Origin: the human T2T-CHM13v2.0 reference genome, Homo sapiens
Assembly: GCF_009914755.1 (NCBI RefSeq)
Contig: NC_060942.1
Reading direction: 5' to 3' (one strand)
Length of the DNA stretch: 64,000 bases
Each line of letters begins with the position of its first letter. Within the stretch, counting starts at the first letter, position 1. The notes beneath the pieces were generated by a model that saw only the letters and a list, made by a program, of their open reading frames with translations, had not been told where the DNA came from and made no database searches. Both the position numbers and the translations under genes were made by a program. This document shows, piece after piece, positions 25,865 through 37,730 of the stretch.

Positions 25865-26810
25865 CATTACATTTTAGAAAAGCTTTAGGTTTTCAGAAGA
25901 GTTTTGAAGATAATATAGACAATTCCCATACACCCAAGACACTATTTCCCCAGTTACGAACATCTTACATTAGTATATTTCACATGTCACAATTAATGAA
26001 ATAATATTGATACATCACTATTAACTAAAGCTGATACTTTATATAGATTCCCTAAGTTTTCCCTTATGTCTTTTTTCTGTTTCAGGATACCATCCAGGAT
26101 ACCACTTTACATTTGTTGTCAGGTCTTCCTAGGCTTCTCTTGGAAGCTTCTCAGAATTTCTTTTTTTTTTTTTTTTTTTTGATGACTTTGACAGTGCTGA
26201 AGGCTACATTCAGGCATATAGGATGCCCCTCTATTGAAATTTGTCTGATGTTTTTCTCATAATTAGATGTGTTATGGGAGAAAGACCTCAAAGGTAAAGT
26301 GCCACAGTCATTACATCATATTAAAGCTATCAACATGACATATTACAGTTGATGTTGACCTTGATCTCCTGGATGTGGTAGTGATTGACAGTTTTTCCAC
26401 TGTAAAGTTAGTCCTTTATCCCTATTTTGATGTGGTACCTTTTTGGAAGGAGGTCACCGTGAGCGGCCATGCTAAGGAGTAGAGAGCTCTACTCTTGAGA
26501 ACTTCCTTGAGAATAGAGTATCTACATAACTTAATTGAAATACTTTTCATGGGAGAGGTGCCTATCTTCTCCATTTATTATGTAGTCAATAACATATAAT
26601 ACTTATGCATATGTACATATCAGAATGGACTCATAATATATGTTTCATACTTTGGTTTATAATACAATACTAATTCACTTATTTTGTTGCTCAGCTCGTT
26701 CTAGGTGGGACTTTTGAGAGCTCTTTCAGTTTACTCTCGTGCCCTTAAGAAATACACCTATCAGTGTGGTGGGTTTTTTTTAACACCTTCTTTCTTGTCA
26801 GCACAATAAT
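25865..26810 (-). mobile_element. L1MC4-like 3' end
   Basis: TTTTTTCTGTTTCAGGATACCATCCAGGATACCACTTTACATTT and GTTGATGTTGACCTTGATC motifs; internal T-run near 26160. Confidence 0.8.
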
Positions 26811-27611
26811 GAATCACCTTTCCATTTGATTCTCTGTATCATCAATTATCTAATGTAATACTTATTTCCTGAGACTGGAACAGCTGGAGTCATAATAACT
26901 GTTAACAAAATATGAGCTCTCACACACATCGTCGCCCTGCCTCAGAATCACTGATGGGCTGGATTCAGTTCCTCTTTTATGCTTCAAGCAGATGGGAGAG
27001 GTTTTCCTCAAGTGATTGTGAACAGCTGTAAGTGACTGTATTTTCCACCTCACAGTTTCAATCATTTGTTTATTCTGAGGACAGCTCTTTTATTCACTCC
27101 TAGTGAACAGGGCCGTTCACATCATTATTCTTGAAGCCATGAATTCTAGGAGAACTTGGGCCAGTTAATCCTTTCCCTAATTCCTCATTTGCCAAATGAG
27201 AAAAAAAAATCCTTGACTGGAAGAACTATCAATAAAGTGTAATATCACATGCATCATATTTATATATTATATATAATATAACATATATTTATATAATACA
27301 CATAAATGAAAATATAAAATGTCTTCTTTATACACACACAAATGCGCAGGTGTGCAATCAATATTTATAGACATTTCATAAATGTAAATTTCCCTATTTT
27401 CCCCCTCAGATTTAGTGCATCTATGAGATGATATTACAGCTTCACTGCATGGCTTCTTTACCAGGTTCTTCTCATCCAACAAGCAAGCTCATGTTCTAGA
27501 AGCCTGAGGCAGAGAAAAACTGAATATCACTTAGTGATAACTATCTTCTGAGCCCAATCACTCTCTTTGAACAAATTTGAATTGGCTCCGTTTAAATTGA
27601 GTTCCTGATCT

Positions 27612-27990
27612 AGGAGAACAAAGAAAGTTATTATTCTTTCTCCCTTACAGTTTCTGGCACCCAACATAGGACAGCTGAGACACTGCAGTCACACATGTAC
27701 CTGCAGATGAGGTCTTGGGACAACAGACAAAAAGCTGGGAACGAGGTAAAAATATTTTACTAATATCAGCTCTCCTGGATCTGTGCCTGGAGTGCCCAGT
27801 TGAGAGTGAAAGGTAAATATTCCTTCATGTCCCTTCCTTTCCAAATTTAGTTTAGCAGGAGAAAATCATTTGTTTGGATTGTGACTCTTGAGTCCTTGTT
27901 CTGAGTCATTTGTTAGATATTGCTTTTCCCTTGTTAATCTGTCTTCTGTTATAAGGGTGCCAGCCATGAACCTTCTTTTCTCCCCTGCTG
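27612..27990 (+). mobile_element. ERV1 remnant: LTR end, tRNA-Lys-type PBS, leader, second LTR end
   Basis: TTCTCCCTTACA LTR terminus (27649), TGGCACCCAACATAGGAC at 27655-27672, then CTTGTTAATCTGTCTTCTGTTATAAGGG (MER34/MER39/LOR1-like U5) near 27930. Confidence 0.65.
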
Positions 27991-29071
27991 CTTTGTGGGG
28001 GACATTCCTGGATAGGAAGGACAGTCTTGATGTTTTTGTGATTATACTTTTCAGAGGGTTCCTTCGTCTTTCTCATGAATACATTTCATGATGCATGTGT
28101 CCTCTCTGTATGACCACACAGGTCTGAATCCATATATTTAGCCTTTGATTATCTTCCTTTTTCATATCTGTAATGCCATGCACATGCTATTCTTGAAATA
28201 TTATTTGACCCTTTTCTTTGCTATGAACATGTTCCTATCGATGTGGATCAAGGTGAGAAGATGTTTACAAATACTAGAGAAGCCACCAGTTCCCAGCTGA
28301 AGTTGCATTGCCTGGAGGACCTGAGATGAGGAGAAAAATGACTGAGCAAGGTGGAGCAAAGGAGAAGAAAGACATTTGAATGTACTGGATTAATATATTT
28401 GGCTTTATATTATACAGAGTTATATAGAATCATGAAATGTTTTATGTCCTATGTTTTGGATTGAGATATACCTCACATAATGACTGGTAAATCAATGATA
28501 GTGCTTCATCAAATTTCCCCTGTGCAAACAGGAGCGAAGAGAAGCTATAGTGAGCTCCAAAAAGAATGCTCCAAGGAAGATATCCAGGGACTTATTATAC
28601 TTCACTTTAGAGCTGTGATAGCAGCTTGCCTGAATTGAGATATTTACCTTTTCAATTCAGTCCTGGTGGCATAGCAATGTTTGCTGCTCCATATTCTGGA
28701 AATAATGTTGATTGGGCTAATGTGTAATATTTGCTATGGCAACTTCGGCCATCTCCTTGCTATATGTATACATGGATTATTTGGGACTAAACACACAAAC
28801 CCGGTGAGGCATTTTTAAAGGCTAAATTAAATTTAACTTGTTTTTAAAACAAAAGGTGACATAATTGTTAACCAGTTACTATCAAATTTTCTTTTTGTTT
28901 TCCCCACGCATTTTTCTTTGAGGATGAAGTTGTAGGGAGTGGTCCTGGTTTAAATTTGGGTCCTTTAGCCTCCAGTCTATCTTGCTAAAAAACTCATTCC
29001 AGCAGGCTTCTTCACATTCCCATTGTCTCACATCTAGAACTAGACATTGCTTAGACGTAAACATGCAAGTA

Positions 29072-29932
29072 TAGTCATGCATTGCTTAACAACAGGGATA
29101 TGTTCCTAGAAGTGAATCGTTAGGTGATTTTGTCATTATGAAAATATCGTAGAGTGTCTCTATACAAGGCTATATCATATACTCTACTACGCATCTAGGT
29201 TGTATGGTATAGCCTCCTGTTTCTAGGCCACAAACATGTACTGCATATTATTGTACTGAATACTGCAGGTAATTGTAACACAATGGTAAGTATTGATGTA
29301 GCTAAACATATCTAAACATAGAAAAAATAGTAAAAATATAATATAAAATATGGTATGCCTGTATAAGGCACTTATCACGAATGAAGTTTGCAGGAATGGA
29401 AATTGCTCTGGGTGAGTCAGTGAGTCCCAAGTGAATGTGGAGGCCTGGGATATTACGGTACACTACTGATGACTTTATAAACACTGTACACTTAGGCTTT
29501 ACTAAATTTATTTTTTAAAATATTATTATCTTTTCAAGAATAAATTAAGCTTAGCTTATTGTCACTTTTTTACCTTATAGGCTTATTAATTTATTTAATT
29601 TTTTGACTCTTGTAATAACTTAGCTTAAAATAACACACAACGTACAGCTGTACAAAAATATTTTCTTGATATTCTTATTCTATAAGCTTTTTTCAAATTT
29701 TAAAATTTTTTATTTTCTTTTACCTTTCTAATTTTATTTGTTAAAAATTCAGATGCAAACAGGCATTAGCCTAGGCCTGCACAGGGTCAGGATCATCAAT
29801 GTCACTGTCTTCTCCCTCCATATCTTGTCTCACTGGAAGGTCTTCAGTGACAATAAATAACATGCATGGAGCTGTCATCTCCTATATTAGCAATGCTTCC
29901 TTCTGGAATATCTCCTGAAGGACCTGCCTGAG

Positions 29933-29982
<50 letters not shown>

Positions 29983-30298
29983 ATGGAAGGAGCACACCCT
30001 AACAATAAAAAGTATAGTATAGTAAATACATAATCCTGTAGCATAGTCATTTATTATTATCAAGTATTATGTACTGTATATAATTGTATATGCTAGGCGT
30101 TTATACAACTGGCAGTGCAGTAGAATTGTTTACACCAGCTCTCCACAAACGTGTGAGTAATGCATTGATCTAGGACATTATGATGGCTACAAGGTCATTA
30201 AGCAATAGAAAAGTTTCAGCTCCATTATAGTTACATGGGACCGCTGTTGTATGTGTGGTCCATCATTGACCAAAATGTTGTCATGTGGCACACGATGG
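29072..30298 (+). mobile_element. Tigger3b (GOLEM) non-autonomous DNA transposon, complete
   Basis: Start (T)AGTCATGCATTGCTTAACAAC, end CAAAATGTTGTCATGTGGCACACGATGG, TA on both sides, about 1.2 kb. Confidence 0.9.
29935..29977. repeat. (AC)21 microsatellite
   Basis: Direct reading. Confidence 0.97.
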
Positions 30299-30999
30299 TA
30301 CATAGCCTGATCTAACTCCTTCAGGGTCTCCATATTGAACTAAGACATCTCTGATATGTGCCACAACTTGTCTTATCAAATTTCGGGGAAGAAGTATAGT
30401 CTCCTATTGCACTCATTTGTGGGGTACCCATGGCCATTTCAGGTTTCAGAGCAGTCCCCACACACTTGGGCCTCCAGGCCCCACAAACCTACCTACTACT
30501 ATTATGTCTGAGTCACTCAGGGCTTTGATAACCAAGGTTCAGCAAAAGACTTATTTAAGGGACAGGTTTAAGGTATGTCTTAACCCAAAGTAGGAGGTGG
30601 GAGTAGAAAGAGGGGCAAGAGAGGCTTTATTTACATTTATTGGGTACTTATGTTTCAGGGTCTGGGCCAAGTTCTGTATCTAGGACATTTCAGCAGACTG
30701 ACAGTACAGAAGCAAGGACTGGGAACATTGTCTAACAGATTCACAGTGCAGCTTTCAGAAGCCATCCCCAGATTCATCAAAACAGATGGGTACCCCACAA
30801 ATGAGTGCAATAGGAGATTATACTTTTTCCCTGAAATTTGGTAAGACCAGTTCTGGCACATATCAGAGATGTCTTAGTTCAATATGGAGATCCTGAAGGA
30901 GTTAGATCAGGCTATGTAACATCGTGTGCCACATGACAACATTTTGGTCAATGATGGACCACATATACTACAGCGGTCCCATATAACTATAATGGAGCT
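30218..30999. repeat. Long inverted repeat: 214-bp arms, 354-bp spacer
   Basis: 30218-30431 aligns without gaps to the reverse complement of 30786-30999 with 11 mismatches (hand count). Confidence 0.97.
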
Positions 31000-31306
31000 C
31001 CTTCAGAAATTGCCTTTGGCTGAAAAGAGTTGCCTCACATCTCTCTCATTCCTTCGTTAATGCCTGTATCTCGTGACTGATGGATAGAGGTTCATAAACG
31101 GCACCTTGCCAACCTCTGCAAGGGCCATCCGAGACCCAGTGTTCTGGAGCTGAAGCCTTTGTTGTGACTGCATTGCAGCTCAACTTCTCTCCCTGACTAA
31201 TTCTGTTTCTCTCATCCCTCCACGTTTGTTGAACACTCCCCAGTAAATTTCCTGCATGCTAATTCTTTTTTTCTGTCTGCTTCCTAGAGTAACTCTAACT
31301 ACAACA
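31000..31306 (+). mobile_element. LTR16C-like ERVL LTR lacking its 5' end
   Basis: GCCTTTGTTGTGACTGCATTGCAGCTCAACTTCTC...AGTAAATTTCCTGCATGCTAA...CTACAACA. Confidence 0.75.
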
Positions 31307-32479
31307 GTTGGGTTCTAGTGTCATCTACTTTTATTGCTTAACACATTGGGCCTCATGTTTCTGATTGGAAAATTAAGGAAACTGAATTAGTCTGTCAAGC
31401 TCGTTTCCAGGTCCATGATTATAACTGAAAAGAGGGAGTAAGAGTTGGGAGAGACATTGGCAGCCTTAAATCATAACAAGTAGCCTCCACTTCCAGAATC
31501 AAATCCTTAGTCCTGCATAGATCAAAAATCCCTACAGTAATCCTTCACTGTCATTGAACAGTGTCATTTATTATATATTTTATTCTTTACTAGGCTTTTT
31601 GTTTTTCAACATGTAGTTATGTATGCCATGTGTGAGATCATTTTATTCCTTTCAAATAAATCATGTAACTTCAGTGTTTGTCAAGGAACCCAAAGTAGTG
31701 AAATGTGAAATGTGAATTGAGAAAAGTTCAGCTGACCAAGTTCCATTAATTTTCAGGAAAGACAAGTCAAGTTCAGTCAAAAGAAGAAGAATGAAAAATA
31801 TCTCAAAGTGATTTTTTTAATGGGGGAAATTAAGCCTTAGGAGTGTGTTTATCTTAGTCCTTTTGAATATATTTTATAGCCTATAAATAAGATATAGGAG
31901 TCTATAAAACAAAGCCCACAAAATCAGTACCTTGAAAATGTAAAACATTTGACAATTTGATATATTTTGACTATATTTAACATTATAGAAAATGAAATCA
32001 GTATATTCTGTTTCCATGATATCAAAACTTTCTGAAAAAAAATAAGTCAGTCCTTTATGTTAACTTGCACATTTCATTAAATATCTAGATGTTTGACATC
32101 ATTTAAGAAATCATTGAGTTTATAATATATATTAATGCAAATATTTAGCATCACATAAATAAGTCAATTCTGGGAACAAGGTCAAAAGTAATGAAAGCAT
32201 AAAATTCTCCCAGCTAAATTTTTTAAAGTATTGTCACTGGACTTTTTAATCTTTCTCCTTTCTCATTTCAGGGCCCCACACATCTCAATAAATAAAGCAA
32301 AAAAGTGTACTTATTTGTCCCAAGCAGATAATATTTTTTTAGAATTGAGCATTTCTGTTATACTTACATACATTGATTTCAATGTTGAAACCAGCCAGTT
32401 ATTTTGAGCTATTTCCTGAGCTATGTGATATTTGTGTTATTTTTTCCTAGACACCTCTCAGAGTCTCACACTGATTCCT

Positions 32480-33115
32480 CTGCTTTTTCTCTTATCTTTC
32501 CACAATCTGTTTTCCGAACACTAGTTAATGAGGCTTTACAACATAGATATGGTTATGCCACTCCTCTGCTTAAAATCCTCTAAGGGATTCTCATCATATG
32601 TACAATCAAATATTTTTATCATAGTCTAGAAGCTCCACATGGCAGTCTCCTGTCTCCAGCCTCTTCTTCTTTTCCTTTTCCTCCTCCTCCTTCTTCTCCT
32701 CCTCTTCTTCTTCCTTTCTCTGTACAGTACCATAAACCTTCTTTCAGTTCCTTTAACACACCAAGGTCTCAGGCCCTTTGTACTAACTGTTTTATCAAGT
32801 TAAACATCATTTTTATTCTCACTTAATTAGGGAGATGAATTATAAACCATTGACCTTAACATTTCCTTAGATTTACATGCCCCAGATTTTACATGGCCGC
32901 ATTTCTTTTGTAATTCTGTCTTGGCTTTAATTTCACATCTCAGAAAGGCCCTCCCTGACCATGGAATCTGTAGTGGCATTCTTCTTCCCCAGCATTTATC
33001 ATCTGTATCTGTTTATTTTCTTCTTCGGCACCATCTGAAATTATCTTATTTAGTAATTTGTTTGTTTAATGTTTGGTTTCCCTCACTAAGTAAGAACTCA
33101 TGAAGTCAGGAAACT
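32480..33115 (+). mobile_element. L2 3' region with internal CTT/CCT tract (32660-32720); resumes near 33845-33900
   Basis: GCCACTCCTCTGCTTAAAATCCTC, CACATCTCAGAAAGGCCCTCCCTGACC, TAAGAACTCATGAAGTCAGG motifs. Confidence 0.75.
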
Positions 33116-33126
33116 TGATTATATTC

Positions 33127-33438
33127 TTTTCTTGTTTATTTATTTTTGTTTTTTATGAGACTAGGTCTTATTCTGTCACCAAGGGTGGAGTGCAATGGCA
33201 CAATCACAGCTCATTGTAGCCTCAACCTCCCAGACTCAAGTGATCATCCTACTTCAGCCTCCTGAGTAGCTGGAATGACAGGCATGCACCAGCATACCTG
33301 GCTAATTTTAGAAGTTTTTTTGTAGAGATGGGGTTTCACTATGTTTCCCAGGCTGACCTCAAACTCCTGGGGTCAAGTGATCCTCCCATCTGGGCCTCCC
33401 AAAGTGTTGGATTGCAGGCATGAGCCACCACACCTGGC
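33127..33438 (-). mobile_element. AluJ
   Basis: CACAGCTCATTGTAGCCTCAACCTCCCAGACTCAAGTGATC is J-type; TATATTCTT flanks both ends. Confidence 0.95.
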
Positions 33439-33464
33439 TTTTGCTATATTCTTAACATGGGTTC

Positions 33465-33844
33465 TGTGGTGGGCAAGTTTATGTAAACCTGCCCACAAAA
33501 GCCCAAGGAAGCAGCAAGGCTGAGACAGAGGCTGAGAAACCTAGTTTGTTAGAAAGAAACATTTAATAAGGACTTAGAACAGAAGCCATGTCTGTATCTC
33601 AGGCAGCAGTTAAATAAGATGGTGGTTCCCCACACTATTACACCCCAGACCAAGAGCTTATATACCACAGGGGAAGGGTGATTCAGAAGGGATGTGTAAG
33701 ACAACTGAAGTACAATAATATCAAGATTGTTTGACCTAAGGACAGGATTTATGGGAAATCTTAAGAGGCCTTCCCAGAACTGAGGTTAATCAGAAGTCAA
33801 CATAGTGGATTATCATCCAACATGGAGTTGCCTTGGCCTTCCCA
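33465..33844 (-). mobile_element. ERVL solo LTR (LTR32-like)
   Basis: Antisense TATA (CTTATATA near 33657), antisense ATTAAA near 33560, recalled motif GGTTAATCAGAAGTCAACAT...CATCCAACATGGAGTTGC. Confidence 0.7.
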
Positions 33845-34925
33845 AAATGTAAAATAATTCCTAGAACATACCAGGCACTATGATCTATGTTTTGGTAGGT
33901 TTTTATGTTTAATCAAAAAGAAAAGGCTTTGCCTCACAAACTCTGAACAATAGATAATCATTACAGCAGATAAAAGGAATATATCAATTAAATCATTGTA
34001 AATTATCTTTTAATCAATTCCCCAATAAAATATGCTATTCTTAACAGTCCTCCATGACATGTTTTCTCTAGTTCCTCATGATACACTGAGTTTATTTACT
34101 CCGTTGATGGCCAATATTTAGTTAGCCCTACATAAAGAATAACTAAGGAATTGAGGATGTTTCATTAATTTTATTATGCAAGTATACAAGGTAATTGTAG
34201 AAGGTATAGAAAAACCTGATAAATAAATATGAGAGTAACCTGTGATTCTGTCACTTAACTTTAGTTAAATTTGTGTATTGTTTTCAGCTTTTTGGCTTGT
34301 TTGTATTGGATATTCACAGGATTGAAATCTGACCTATGCTCAGAAAGTTAATTTTGATGCTTTGGATAGAATTCATGAGATTAGAAAAAACTAGAAATAA
34401 GTGATAGTAAGAGGTGTTGTAATATCAAAAGAAAAATTTAATAAGGATGTAAATTATGATTGAGATGGTGGGAATACAAATGTTACATTTGAAAGATTAT
34501 TCACAAACTCTAAAGCAGATTTCAGGAACAAAAAAAGAAAAACAATCAAAATTAATACAGAAATTCATGAATTCATAAATCCATGTATGTACTAAACAGC
34601 CCTTTATAATAAGTTTTCAGTGAATTAGATACTCATTTAGGTGTTGTGGTTAGGAGAACACATTAGAAAATAAAAATACTTTCAAAAGCATTTCCATTGT
34701 GCCCTTAAAAGAGATAGAGGTATAAAAGAAAGATGTGGAATTCAATTATGAAAAATATGGTTGGTATTGGAGGAGAGAAGAGGATAATGCAGGAATTTTA
34801 ATAAGTAAAAGACTTTCATTAAAAAGAGCAGATGGGATACTTTAAAGACAAGGTTATGATACTGGATAAGAGAATTCCACAGAGTCATAGAGACTCAGTG
34901 CCACTTACATACTCCCAAAAATAGG

Positions 34926-35378
34926 TGTCATGGTCATTTGGTCCATTTTGTGCTGCCATAACTAAATACCTGAAACTGGGTAATTTATACAGAACAGCAA
35001 TTTATTCCTTTACCATTCTGGAGGCTTGGAAGCCCAAGATCAAAGTGCTGGGAGGTTTGGTGTGTGGTGAAGGCTGCTCTCTGCTTCCAAGATGGTGCCT
35101 TGATGCTGCATCCTCCAGCAGGAAGGAACACTACATCCTCACGTGACAGAATGCAGAAGGGCAAAAAAGAGTCAAATTCCCTCTGCTAAGCCCTTTTATG
35201 ATAATATTAATGTATTCATGAGGGTAAAACCTCATGAATAGATTCATGGGGAATGAATCTATGGGGAGAAAGAAAATAAGACACCAATAAAAAGACTTAA
35301 CCTCCCAACACTGTTGCATTGATTATTAAGTTTTCTACACATGAATTTTTTGTGGGGGAACACATTCAGTTCATAGCA
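34926..35378 (-). mobile_element. MST (MSTC/MSTD-like) MaLR solo LTR
   Basis: GCTGCCATAACTAAATACCTGAAACTGGGTAATTTATA...TCTGCTTCCAAGATGGTGCCTTG...CACATTCAGTTCATAGCA. Confidence 0.85.
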
Positions 35379-36319
35379 TCAGCACTGGTGTATGACATTT
35401 GTGTAGGGGACACAGTAAGTCCCAATGCCTAGAAAACTGCTCAGTGACCGTGCTAAGTCAGTGGAGTACACTGTTCTGAGAGCCATTTCTGAGTCCTTTT
35501 GGATCAGAAGGTTCAACTGCAAGTTACTAAATGTGCACAGCAAAGGCAGTCACCTCTGTGACCAAAATCTGGCTTCTCCCTCTCCCCCAGCATTTTAGCA
35601 CAAGATCAACTGGTGATTACAGTGTGACCCAGAGAAGGTAGAAGGCAAAACTGATGGTATCGATTTTGCTTCAGGATGAAAATATAACATTTCTTAGATT
35701 CCAGTGTATAGCTGGAAAAAAATGCCTCTTACCCAAAGAAATAGAATAAAATATATTTTTCATAACCCTCAGGAAACCTTACATTATTAAGAGAATACAA
35801 AAGAAGGAAAATAATAAGAACTAGAATAGAGTAGAATATTGAGGGAATATAAAACAAAGATATTCTGTTAAAGAGGTGATCAATAGCATCAAAAGAATGG
35901 GAAGATCATCAGTATAAAATATTATAAAAGGTTAAAAGATAAAAACTCAAAGTTCCTTGAATGTGTTCTTTTAAACCATGGGAATCTTTAAAAGAAGATT
36001 ATATTATGTTCCATTTCATCCTAAAGCAAAATCAGTTCCATCAGTCTCCCTTCTACCTCCTCTGGGTCACAGTATAATCTGGGATAAGTGCATTCTGGGG
36101 TAAGAAAAAAAAACGTGGGGCTAATATTTTTAAAGAATTTGGGCATTAATGAGAACCTTGTCTCATTTTATGAAGAATGCAGATAAAATTGCCAGATAAA
36201 TTTCAGTGCAAATTACAAAATAATTTTTTTATTCAAAAGTATTTCAAACATCATCTCTAGTAAAAGTTAGAATATAAAAATAAAGAGAGAATTTCCATTT
36301 TAATGGAAATATTTCCATA

Positions 36320-37730
36320 TTCTTTCCTATAGTTGGAAAATTTGGGGCCATTATTTCTTTAAATAAGCTTTCCTACCCTTTATCTTTCTCTGTCCATAAC
36401 TTCTCTTTCTAAAGTAGCCATACATGTATATAATTCTTCTCATTGATACCCTGTACATCCTTTAGACTTTCATCGCTGTTTTTAATTTTTTTTCTTTTTG
36501 CTCTCCTGACTAGATAATTTCACACATGAACTTATTCAAGTTCAATGATTGTTTCTTCTGCTGTTTAACCCCTCTAGTGAGTTTTTAGGTTTGTTGCTAT
36601 ATTTTTAACTTCAAAAATTATATTGGTTCTTTTTGATATTTTCTATGTATTTGTTGAAATCCTCATTTTATTTTATTTTATTTTTGAGATAATTAAGCAT
36701 TCTTTGCTGCAAAGGTTTTTAAATTTTTTGACAGATAATTTATATACCTACATTTCGTTAGGCCCTGTTTCTGGAGATTTATTTTGGCCCTCTGATTGGA
36801 TGAATTTCCCCATTTTTTCTTTTTTGTATCTCGTAACTTTGTGTTGTCATCTGCATATTTGAAAAAACAACCACCTTTCCCAATCGTTCTGAACTGGCTT
36901 CATACAAGAAAATACCTTCACCAATCAGCCTGACTACAGATTCTGAGAACCTCTCAAACCTTTCCCTGCATGTGCATCTTCTCAACCCGTATATGTGCAT
37001 TTCTAATTAGAGGAATTTGTGGCTCTTTTTCTCAGGAGATAATAATCTCTTGTTTCTTTTGATGTCTATCTCGTGTACCATAAGTCATCTGAAGCTGCAA
37101 CCACCCAACTTTGTTTTGATTTCAGTGATCCCAAGGCAACTAGAGTATGTCAAATCTCATCCATACTCCCAAAGAGGCAAGACAGAAATTTAGTCTCTCA
37201 GACAGCCCCTTGAAAAGCAGGATATTGGATACACATTCTATTCTTTCTTGTCCTGGTAGAGAGACTGCCAACCTGCATTGGTGTCTCTCTGATGTACTAT
37301 CTGTCTTCTGGAACAGCAGCACATAACCCAGCTATTTTGTTCTCAGTGGCCTCCAAGCAGGTATAGTATGGCAGGTCCTGTCAGGCCTCAAAGAGAAGAC
37401 AGAAGCCAGGTTTTTGGACATCACTGGAAAAGTCAGAGAATTGGACATAGAGTCCAGTCTTCTTTTCCCTCCTCAGAGAGAAGCCAAGAGCTGGGAGTTT
37501 CCTCCTGATCACGTGGCACCATCCTCGGAGAGGAACTATGGTGAGAGAATGACACAGATTTTCATAGTAACTTCGATACAGCAGTTTTCTGGTGTACGGA
37601 CACATTTTAACTGGTTTCTAGATATTTCACCGTAGAAACTGGTTTATGTATTGTCATTGAATTAGTGTCTCCATGGGAAGAAGGAAGGTCTAGGGCTACC
37701 CATTCCGCTATCTTGCTGATGTCACCCCTC
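36320..37730 (-). mobile_element. Ancient L1M 5' UTR and ORF1 fragment
   Basis: Antisense ORF1 motifs (GGAAAATTTGGGGCCATTATTTCTTTAAATA) and L1M 5' terminus CCGCTATCTTGCTGATGTCAC. Confidence 0.75.

Noticed and set aside
30275-30942. Composite transposon formed by two Tigger3 right ends
   Set aside because: The ends face outward toward the spacer, share decay mutations, and the breakpoint lies inside the element, so transposase action is unlikely.
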